Below the pieces are notes generated by a model. It had not been told where the DNA came from and made no database searches. It saw only the letters and a program-made list of their open reading frames with translations. A stretch of DNA of 51,405 bases, from IMG/VR virus record IMGVR_UViG_3300044475_000302, positions 1-51,405 of that record. One strand, written 5' to 3'. Both the position numbers and the translations under genes were made by a program. This DNA is from a virus. Taxonomy: Duplodnaviria; Caudoviricetes. This document shows positions 44,283 to 51,405 of this stretch, piece after piece (positions within the stretch are counted from its first letter, which is position 1; every line of letters starts with the position of its first letter).

Positions 44283-45770
44283 ATGTCCATCACCTACGGA
44301 AGCGTCTGCAGCGGCATTGAAGCTGCGACTGTCGCCTGGCACCCGCTTAGGTGGCAGGCAAGCTGGTTCGCTGAGATTGAGCCATTCCCCTGCGCTGTGC
44401 TGGCCCACCACTACCCTGACACGCCGAACCACGGCGATATGACCCGCCTAGCGGCCCTGGTGCTGTCCGGCAAGATTCCCGCGCCCGACGTGCTGGTCGG
44501 GGGCACACCCTGCCAGGCCTTCAGCGTGGCCGGTATGCGCGAAGGCCTCGCCGACCCCCGCGGCGCCCTCACCATCAAATACGTGGAGCTGCTCGATGCA
44601 ATTGACCATGTTCGAACAAAGCGCGGCGATCCCGAGGCCACCTGCCTCTGGGAAAACGTCCCCGGCGTCCTCTCCGACAAAGGCAACGCGTTCGGCTGCT
44701 TCCTCGGCGCCCTGGTGGGCGAATCCGAAGAACTCCAGCCGCCAAGGGGGAAATGGAAGGACGCTGGTTGTGTGTATGGACCCGGGCGAACAGTCGCGTG
44801 GCGGGTTCTGGATGCCCAATATTTCGGCCTGGCCCAACGACGCCGTCGTGTGTTCGTTGTCGCAAGTGCTCGAACAGGGTTCGATCCCCTCGAAGTACTT
44901 TTTGAGCGCGAAGGCGTGCGCCGGGATACTCCGCCGCGCCGAGGCCAGAGGCAAGACGTTGCCTGCACCCTTGATGCACGCACTGACGGCGGTGGCTTCC
45001 CAGGAACTGACGGGGCAACCGGAGGGCACGTAGTCGCACCGCCGGCGTGGCCAAGGGTGTTCGGTGGAAATAACACCAGCGGCCCGATTGATGTGGCTCC
45101 AGCGCGCAACGCATGCGCCAGCGCCAGTGGAAGGATGGACTTCGAGAGTGAGGCCTTCGTGGTCCACGGCACGCAAGATCCTGACGTCAGGTTCGAACAA
45201 GCCCACGCCCTGGGGCGAAACAACGGCCAGGAAAACGCGCTGTTTGCCTTCAGTTGCAAGGATCACGGCGCAGATGCTGGTGATCTGGCGCCCACGCTGC
45301 GCGCCATGGGGCACGGCTCCAGCCACCCGAACGCAGGCGGCCAAGTCGCGGCGTGCATCACAGGCGAGATTACGCACACGCTGAAGGCCGAGGGCTTCGA
45401 CGCCAGTGAAGACGGTACTGGGCGCGGCCAGCCAATCGTCACCCACGCCATTCAGGCCGGCGCCCTCCGCGAAAACCCAGCCAGTGGACCGGACGGCGTT
45501 GGAGTTCAAGCTGACCATGCCTACACCCTCGAAGCCAGAGCCGAGGTTCAGGCGGTACAGTCAAATGCCCAAGTCAGGCGACTCACCCCGCGCGAATGCG
45601 AGCGTCTCCAGGGGTTTCCCGATGACCACACACTGATCCCCTATCGCGGTCGAGTCGCAGGCCTCTGCCCCGACGGCCCGCGCTACAAGGCGATCGGCAA
45701 CAGCAAGGCCGTCCCCGTCGTGCGCTGGATTGGCCGGCGTATCGCCCAACAACTTCAACGTCTCGACTGA
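44283..45770 (+). CDS. C5-cytosine DNA methyltransferase
   Basis: CSGIEA, GGTPCQAFS, WENVPG, AQRRRRVF, RRLTPRECERLQGFPD, IGNS. Confidence 0.95.
   Translation: MSITYGSVCSGIEAATVAWHPLRWQASWFAEIEPFPCAVLAHHYPDTPNHGDMTRLAALVLSGKIPAPDVLVGGTPCQAFSVAGMREGLADPRGALTIKYVELLDAIDHVRTKRGDPEATCLWENVPGVLSDKGNAFGCFLGALVGESEELQPPRGKWKDAGCVYGPGRTVAWRVLDAQYFGLAQRRRRVFVVASARTGFDPLEVLFEREGVRRDTPPRRGQRQDVACTLDARTDGGGFPGTDGATGGHVVAPPAWPRVFGGNNTSGPIDVAPARNACASASGRMDFESEAFVVHGTQDPDVRFEQAHALGRNNGQENALFAFSCKDHGADAGDLAPTLRAMGHGSSHPNAGGQVAACITGEITHTLKAEGFDASEDGTGRGQPIVTHAIQAGALRENPASGPDGVGVQADHAYTLEARAEVQAVQSNAQVRRLTPRECERLQGFPDDHTLIPYRGRVAGLCPDGPRYKAIGNSKAVPVVRWIGRRIAQQLQRLD
44596..45033 (+). CDS. Overprinted +1-frame gene inside the C5 MTase (EcoHK31I beta-polypeptide-like)
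   Basis: GGAG RBS 7 nt upstream of the ATG; WMPNISAWPN..SLSQVLE..YFLS..ILRRA..LP.PL pattern. Confidence 0.65.
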   Translation: MQLTMFEQSAAIPRPPASGKTSPASSPTKATRSAASSAPWWANPKNSSRQGGNGRTLVVCMDPGEQSRGGFWMPNISAWPNDAVVCSLSQVLEQGSIPSKYFLSAKACAGILRRAEARGKTLPAPLMHALTAVASQELTGQPEGT

Positions 45771-45779
45771 GGTATCCCC

Positions 45780-46631
45780 ATGCCCACAGAAAACCGATCC
45801 AGCAACACAGAGATGGCCAGCGTGCCGCGTGACTGGGCAAATCACTATGCCGACCTGCTTGAAGAGCGCTGCGCCTACGAACAGTCAGAGCTGGTCAAAG
45901 CCTTTCTCGCCAAGCCAGCCGAGCAGCCCAAGGGCGAGCCTATCCAACTGACAGCGGTGGCCACCCTTGTCGATGATGCCGACGGCGGCCTTGAGGCGAG
46001 CTGGCTCCTCGAAGGCGGTACCGCCGAGTTGTTCGCCGGCATGACGCTCCTGGTTGCCGAGAATGCCCCTGAGCTGTGCCAGGAAGACGGGGGCGCCCAG
46101 GTCTACACCCACGCCGATCCTGGCGAGGTTGAGCGGCTGCGCTTTGAGATCGAGAAGCTCCGATTCAGTCTGGAGGCGCACGATCACGAAGCGGTGCAGG
46201 ATGACTGCGCGCGGGCCGAAAACCGTACTCTTGTTAGCGAGGTCGAGCGGCTGCGTACGGCGGTTGAACTGGCAGAAAGTGAGGCTCTATCAGCGATAGT
46301 CGAGCGCGATGACCTGCGCGCCCAGCTTGCCGAGCGGGATGCGCTGCTGCGCGATAGGTCTGGCGACCTTATCCGCATGGCAGCTCATCTGATCAGCGCG
46401 CCTCTGTTCGCCCTGCAAGAGCTTCAGGACGAAGACAAGAAAATGACTCGCGCTCGAGTTGATCATGCCGTTGATGTTGCGGATGCAAGACTGAAGGATG
46501 CGGCATACGAACTGCGCCGGATCGCTAACGCCCTATCAGTCAGCGCAGAGTCGAGCGAGCCTGTATTCAGAGGCGCCAAAGAGCTCGGCACCGCCTGCGG
46601 CAAATGCCGGCGCTGCAACGAGAACGCATAA
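45780..46631 (+). CDS. Hypothetical mosaic coiled-coil phage protein
   Basis: MPTENRSS start with GAGGT RBS; repeated EVERLR. Confidence 0.75.
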   Translation: MPTENRSSNTEMASVPRDWANHYADLLEERCAYEQSELVKAFLAKPAEQPKGEPIQLTAVATLVDDADGGLEASWLLEGGTAELFAGMTLLVAENAPELCQEDGGAQVYTHADPGEVERLRFEIEKLRFSLEAHDHEAVQDDCARAENRTLVSEVERLRTAVELAESEALSAIVERDDLRAQLAERDALLRDRSGDLIRMAAHLISAPLFALQELQDEDKKMTRARVDHAVDVADARLKDAAYELRRIANALSVSAESSEPVFRGAKELGTACGKCRRCNENA

Positions 46632-46718
46632 TTCCGAAAGGAGTACATCCGTACTCTTTCCGCTTTAACCCATCTCCCCTCTATTCACTGCCGCGATATG
46701 GCGGCCAAGGACGAAGTC

Positions 46719-47138
46719 ATGCCCGCAGAAAAGCAACCGGCTTGGCCTGACCATTTCCGTTACGTCGATGAGATCAGCCCTGATGGGGTGACCATCGTCT
46801 GCCAGCGGTTCGTTGTGCTGCGCGAGTCCGAGCACTTCTACTGGATTACCCGTGATCGTAATGCTGGCTGGGCCACTGATCTGGTTGCCTCTGGCGAAAA
46901 GAGCCCGCTCATCAAGCGCGTATCGAAGGAGTCGTACGGTCGCCGCTACGCATATCCGGACAAGGCGAAGGCCCTGAATTCATACAAGGTCCGCAAGCGC
47001 CGCCAGATGGGCCATGCCCAATTAGCTATTGAGCGCGCCAAGGCCGCCCTGGAAGACCTAAAGGACGTAGACGCGATCAACGACGAGCACCTGTGCTCGG
47101 GCGGCGATTACATCAAAGAACTGACCTGGGATTGCTGA
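46719..47138 (+). CDS. Hypothetical protein
   Basis: AAGGA RBS; 139 aa. Confidence 0.7.
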   Translation: MPAEKQPAWPDHFRYVDEISPDGVTIVCQRFVVLRESEHFYWITRDRNAGWATDLVASGEKSPLIKRVSKESYGRRYAYPDKAKALNSYKVRKRRQMGHAQLAIERAKAALEDLKDVDAINDEHLCSGGDYIKELTWDC

Positions 47139-47140
47139 CC

Positions 47141-47407
47141 ATGACCCGCCTCACCCTCTGCCTCCTGCTGCTGGCCACCGGCGCCAGCGCAGCACCCAAG
47201 CCGCAAGACAAGGTCATCGACGTGCAGCACGACAGCCAGCGCGGCGTCACCTGCTACGTGCTCAACGGGGTAGGCATCAGCTGCATCCCCGACAGCCAGC
47301 TGCAGGCCGGCAACGAGCCCCAGCTCTCCCCGCATGAGCAAGACGACAACCGCCCCACTCCGGCGGCATCAAGCCCGCACTTGATCGAAGAGAGGTATTC
47401 GCTGTGA
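47141..47407 (+). CDS. Small secreted protein
   Basis: Signal peptide MTRLTLCLLLLATGASA; two Cys (GVTCY..ISCIP). Confidence 0.7.
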   Translation: MTRLTLCLLLLATGASAAPKPQDKVIDVQHDSQRGVTCYVLNGVGISCIPDSQLQAGNEPQLSPHEQDDNRPTPAASSPHLIEERYSL

Positions 47408-47856
47408 AGGCGCTTTCAATCCGCCAACCATGGGCCTGGCTGATCATCAGCGGTGGCAAGGACATCGAGAATCGAACCTGGCACACGAAGTTCCGAGGCC
47501 GCTTCTTGGTGCACGCCGCCGCCGGCATGACCCGGCGTGAGTTTCTTTCGGCGTTTGATTTCATGGCGCAAAGAGGGATCAAGGCGCCGTTCCCGGTACC
47601 GCCTGACAACCTGTTGCGCGGCGGGATCATCGGCTCGGTAGAGCTTGTCGATAGCGTCAATCACACCGAATCGCCCTGGTACATGGGCGAGAAAGGGTTC
47701 GTGCTGCGTGATCCGAGGCCGATGCCGTTCATCCCGATGAAGGGGCGCCTGGGATTCTTTGATGTGCCTACTGAAGCACTGTGCACCTGCCCATCCGGCA
47801 ACGGATCACTCCGCTGGCCGTGCCCTGCTCACCCTCCAGAGGAACTACTGCCATGA
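47404..47856 (+). CDS. ASCH domain protein
   Basis: ALSIRQPWAWLII.GGKDIENR, GGIIGSV, KGRLGFF. Confidence 0.9.
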   Translation: MKALSIRQPWAWLIISGGKDIENRTWHTKFRGRFLVHAAAGMTRREFLSAFDFMAQRGIKAPFPVPPDNLLRGGIIGSVELVDSVNHTESPWYMGEKGFVLRDPRPMPFIPMKGRLGFFDVPTEALCTCPSGNGSLRWPCPAHPPEELLP

Positions 47857-48203
47857 AGACACTCGGCGAAATCATCGAAGCCGCCAAGTGCGGCGAGCGC
47901 CCCGAATACGACGAACTGCGACTGGCTGTCTGCGCCATGGATGCGCTCATGACATTCGACCGCCAGGCAATCTGGAAGCTTGCCGAGGGCGAGGAGAAAG
48001 GCAAGAAGCAAATCCTGGTGTGGAGCAGCCTCTGGCAGCGCGACGAGCAGTTCGACCGTATCAAGCGGGCCATGGCCACCGACCCGAAAACGTGGCTCGG
48101 CCCCAACTATGACCCCGATAGCCCGGAAGTGCAGGAGCGACGACGTATGTCGATCGCCATCACGGAAGGTGCTGCACGGCGAGCACAGGAGAAGAAGGCA
48201 TGA
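47853..48203 (+). CDS. Hypothetical protein
   Basis: GAGGA RBS; ATGA overlaps at both ends. Confidence 0.7.
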   Translation: MKTLGEIIEAAKCGERPEYDELRLAVCAMDALMTFDRQAIWKLAEGEEKGKKQILVWSSLWQRDEQFDRIKRAMATDPKTWLGPNYDPDSPEVQERRRMSIAITEGAARRAQEKKA

Positions 48204-48511
48204 ACACTGGAGCAACCGACGTACAAGGCCTGATGAATGCCTGCCAGCGCGGCGTGGCCGGAAAAGGTCCGGCGATCGAGGCGGCTAACAACCTGTTGGC
48301 CGAGTGCTACGGCGTCTTGGGTAAGCTGGCTGCCGAGAACGAGGCGCTGCGCAAGGATGCTGAGCGGTATCGGTGGCTGCGCTCTCGCGATCTTGAGACC
48401 ATCAGCCAGGGCGGTGTCTTCGCCGGCATAACCCCGCAGAACATGGTCCTCAACGAGGAAACCTTAGACCAGGCTGTCGACGCAGCCATGACTAAGGAGG
48501 CGCAGCCATGA
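48200..48511 (+). CDS. Hypothetical (Ead/Ea22-like) protein
   Basis: LRKDAERYRWLR and LDQAVDAAM motifs. Confidence 0.7.
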   Translation: MNTGATDVQGLMNACQRGVAGKGPAIEAANNLLAECYGVLGKLAAENEALRKDAERYRWLRSRDLETISQGGVFAGITPQNMVLNEETLDQAVDAAMTKEAQP

Positions 48512-48554
48512 TCGCATTCGCCTACATGGCCTATCTGATCTACAGGGGGCCGCG

Positions 48555-49328
48555 ATGACCGATGCAAGCCTCTACCACGGCGACTGTCTGGAGGTGATGC
48601 AATCAATCCCAGACGCCAGCGTCGACCTGGTGCTGGCCGACCTGCCCTACGGCACAACGCAGTGCGCTTGGGATGTCGTGATCCCATTTGCCCCTCTCCG
48701 GGAGCAGTACTTGAGAATCGCCAAGCCGGAGGCGGCCATTGTGCTCTGTGCAGCGCAGCCGTTCACCTCAATGCTCGTCGCCAGCAACCCTGGAATCTAC
48801 AAGTACGAATGGATCTGGGAGAAAGGTGCTGCCACCGGCTTCCTGAATGCCAAGAAGCAACCACTGCGCGCGCATGAAAGCGCCCAGGTCTTCTACCGGA
48901 AACAGCCGACGTACAACCCGCAAATGACCGGCGGGCACGAGCGAAAGACATCCAGGCGCAAGACGGTGAATTCCGAGTGCTACGGCAAGGCGCTGCAGCT
49001 GACTGAGTACGACTCAACAGACCGGTACCCGCGCTCGGTTCAGTTCTTCTCGAGCGACAAACAACTTGCCAGTCATCACCCGACCCAAAAACCCGTGGCG
49101 TGGATGCGATTCCTGATCGCCACATACACAAACCCCGGCCAGGTGGTGCTCGACAACACCATGGGCAGCGGCACGACAGGCGTCGCCTGCATCCAGCTAG
49201 GGCGCCAGTTCATCGGCATCGAGCAGGACGAGGCGCATTTCGGTACCGCGCAACAACGCATAGCTGATGCCATCACCCTTCGCGACACTCCGGCAGCGCA
49301 GATCGAACTGTTCGAAGCGCGCGCCTAA
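48555..49328 (+). CDS. N6-adenine/N4-cytosine DNA methyltransferase (beta class)
   Basis: GDCLEVM, DLPYG, HPTQKPV, VLDNTMGSGTTG. Confidence 0.93.
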   Translation: MTDASLYHGDCLEVMQSIPDASVDLVLADLPYGTTQCAWDVVIPFAPLREQYLRIAKPEAAIVLCAAQPFTSMLVASNPGIYKYEWIWEKGAATGFLNAKKQPLRAHESAQVFYRKQPTYNPQMTGGHERKTSRRKTVNSECYGKALQLTEYDSTDRYPRSVQFFSSDKQLASHHPTQKPVAWMRFLIATYTNPGQVVLDNTMGSGTTGVACIQLGRQFIGIEQDEAHFGTAQQRIADAITLRDTPAAQIELFEARA

Positions 49329-49344
49329 CCCCTCCCCCTACAAC

Positions 49345-49515
49345 TCAAGCCCGTCGACGATACCCGGCGATGAGCAACGCAAGCCCAGGCACCAGCAAAC
49401 CGACTGCGGTATAGCCGAAAGCAGCCTGCCCAGATGCGCCTACTGCTGCGAATGCAGCACCGACTGCAATCAGTGGCGCAGCTACGAAAAAGAACGGTTT
49501 GGCTGTCTTGCTCAT
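49345..49515 (-). CDS. Small two-TM membrane protein, antisense moron (56 aa; not in ORF track)
   Basis: MSKTAKPFFFVAAPLIAVGAAFAAVGASGQAAFGYTAVGLLVPGLALLIAGYRRRA with AGGAGG RBS. Confidence 0.7.
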   Translation of the reverse strand: MSKTAKPFFFVAAPLIAVGAAFAAVGASGQAAFGYTAVGLLVPGLALLIAGYRRRA

Positions 49516-49584
49516 ATCGAACCTCCTGTTTGATCAACCCTTTTATCACATGAGCCCGCCGACATGCGCGGGCGAGGATTCCCC

Positions 49585-50061
49585 ATGTCCGCAATCAATC
49601 GATTCCACGAAGTAGCCAATGATGCCCTGGTGAGCATCAGCGACCACCTGAAACCAGAGGCGAAGCTGACCCTGGTGATCTACACGCCAGGCGAGCCAGA
49701 ACAAGACATCGTCTTGAAAGGCCCCGGCGTAGATGCCGACGAGGTTGTGAACACGCTACGCCGGCGCGGCGGCCTGAGCCTCGACGGCGATAACGGCTAC
49801 AGGCGCGGTGTATGCGACGTGGTTGTCGGCAGCCTGGCCGCAGGCAAGCAAGACAGCAACCCGCCGCCTACTGGTCATTGGGGCCAGCAGTTCTGGGAGA
49901 CCGGCCGGGCCGAAGGCCAGCAGCGTGATGAACTGATAGCCGCTCTTGAGCACCTGGTTACCGTCACCACTCCCGATGCAAATGGCCAGATCGAGGCGAA
50001 GGAAGAACACCTCGCATCCCTCGAACACGCCCGCGCAATGATCCGGCTGCATCGCGGCTGA
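49585..50061 (+). CDS. Hypothetical protein
   Basis: GAGGA RBS after hairpin GCCCGC..GCGGGC; 158 aa. Confidence 0.7.
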   Translation: MSAINRFHEVANDALVSISDHLKPEAKLTLVIYTPGEPEQDIVLKGPGVDADEVVNTLRRRGGLSLDGDNGYRRGVCDVVVGSLAAGKQDSNPPPTGHWGQQFWETGRAEGQQRDELIAALEHLVTVTTPDANGQIEAKEEHLASLEHARAMIRLHRG

Positions 50062-50100
50062 CCACCAATCTGCCGCCACCGGCGGCGTGGAGACCATCCC

Positions 50101-50337
50101 ATGGAACATACAAGCGAGTTCCTCGAAGAAGACGAGGTGGTGCGGATCACCGGCTACCAGATCCCGAGCAAACAAATCGCCTGGCTGGCCAACAACGGCT
50201 GGCAGTACACGCTGACCAGGGCGCGGCGCCCGGTTGTAGGCCGGGTCTACGCCCGCCTCAAGATGGCCGGGGTTAAACCCAATGTAACGAACGCAACAGC
50301 AGAAACCTGGACACTCGACTTATCGCGCGTGGGGTAG
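50101..50337 (+). CDS. Excisionase-like protein (DUF4224-like)
   Basis: FLEEDEVVRITGYQ..KQIAWL..RPVVGRVY; directly upstream of int. Confidence 0.8.
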   Translation: MEHTSEFLEEDEVVRITGYQIPSKQIAWLANNGWQYTLTRARRPVVGRVYARLKMAGVKPNVTNATAETWTLDLSRVG

Positions 50338-50340
50338 AAA

Positions 50341-51405
50341 GTGCGCCATAGAAAAAAGGAAAACCGTGACCTGCCGGAGCGCATGCTTCGGAGGGCTCGA
50401 AAGAGGAAGGGCGGGAAGATTTGGGTTGCGTATTACTACTGCGGTAGAGACGCGAACGGAAAGAGGATCGAAATCCCTTTGGGGCAGGACTTGGCAGAGG
50501 CCAAGCTGGAGTGGGCGCGATTAGAGCAAAAGGCGAAGCCGAAAGCGATGGCGACGATGGGAGAGCTATTCGACCGGTACGAGCGAGACATCATCCCAGG
50601 GAAGGCGCCGCGCACCCAGAAGGACAACAAGTATGAGCTGGAGCGCCTGCGCAAGGCTTTTGCTGACGCCCCTATCGAGGCGATCACCCCTCCGGTAGTG
50701 GCCCAGTACCGTGATGCTCGCACGGCTAAGACCCGGGCAAACCGAGAAATTGCACTGCTCTCGCACGTGTTCTCCATGGCCCTGGAGTGGGGTTTCGCTG
50801 AGCGCAACCCATGCCTGGCTGTACGAAGGAACAAGGAAAAGGTCCGAGACTTCTACGCCGCCGACGAGATCTGGGATGCAGTGTACGCCGAGGCTGATCA
50901 AGGCCTGAAGGATGCCATGGACCTAGCCTACCTGGCAGGCCAGCGCCCCGCAGACACGCTCAAGTTCAGCACAGCCGACCTAGATGACGACTTCCTGTGG
51001 GTTGACCAGAACAAGACCGACAAGAAGCTGCGCATCCGGCGCCACGTTGGCGGCGAGCTTACCGGCCTGGGCTTGTTCATTGAGGCGCTGCTTGATCGAA
51101 GGAAGCTCCAGGGCGTGCGCAACTCGCGTCTTATCACCAATGACGCAGGCCTGCGCATGAGCTGGGGCATGCTCCGCAATCGCTTCGCTGAAGCGCGTGA
51201 CAGCGCCGCAGCAAAGCTGACCGCAAACGGAAACTCCGACATGGCTGCCAAAGTTAGGCAGTTCCAATTTCGGGATATCCGACCGAAGGCTGCGTCGGAA
51301 ATCGAAGACATCAGCCACGCTAGCCGGCTCCTGGGGCACTCGAAAGAGGAGATTACAAAGCGGGTCTACCGGCGCGTCGGCGAGGTTGTTAGCCCGACGA
51401 AATAA
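50341..51405 (+). CDS. int: Phage integrase (tyrosine recombinase)
   Basis: GQRPAD, QNKT, FRDIR, LLGH, VY catalytic residues; ends with TAA at the window end. Confidence 0.93.
   Translation: MRHRKKENRDLPERMLRRARKRKGGKIWVAYYYCGRDANGKRIEIPLGQDLAEAKLEWARLEQKAKPKAMATMGELFDRYERDIIPGKAPRTQKDNKYELERLRKAFADAPIEAITPPVVAQYRDARTAKTRANREIALLSHVFSMALEWGFAERNPCLAVRRNKEKVRDFYAADEIWDAVYAEADQGLKDAMDLAYLAGQRPADTLKFSTADLDDDFLWVDQNKTDKKLRIRRHVGGELTGLGLFIEALLDRRKLQGVRNSRLITNDAGLRMSWGMLRNRFAEARDSAAAKLTANGNSDMAAKVRQFQFRDIRPKAASEIEDISHASRLLGHSKEEITKRVYRRVGEVVSPTK

Larger units (their letters stand above)
1..51405. mobile_element. Temperate siphovirus prophage (lambda/HK97-like), probably nearly complete
   Basis: Ordered lysis-tail-head-terminase-Q-replication-cro/cI-early genes-xis-int modules across the whole window; att sites not identified. 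Confidence 0.95.

Noticed and set aside
50341-51405. attL/attR core repeats
   Set aside because: The window ends at the int stop codon and no matching repeat at the two ends was visible

Overview
The window is an apparently near-complete temperate siphovirus prophage (lambda/HK97-like gene order; gene content and high GC suggest a Pseudomonas host). No att sites could be identified. Left to right: a LexA-controlled umuD/rulA-like gene and an SRAP gene; then, on the minus strand, spanins, GH19 endolysin, tail fibre, lambda-type tail (J, I, K, L, M, tape measure, frameshifted chaperone), HK97-type head, terminase, HNH, an Acb2-like anti-CBASS gene, holin-like gene, Q-like gene, a second tyrosine recombinase, DnaB/O replication genes and cro. 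On the plus strand come cI, a rexAB-position cargo block, and a long pL early operon ending in xis-like and int genes. The standout is a complete diversity-generating retroelement (two VR-bearing target genes, avd, TR, RT; 40584-43548) inside the early operon. It diversifies two small, apparently cytoplasmic paralogues rather than the tail fibre. The early operon also has a ~700-nt structured leader, three covarying GCGA hairpins in front of successive genes, and tRNA-shaped elements. Its cytosine methyltransferase gene contains a second, overprinted gene. Family names come from motif recognition and recall, not database searches.
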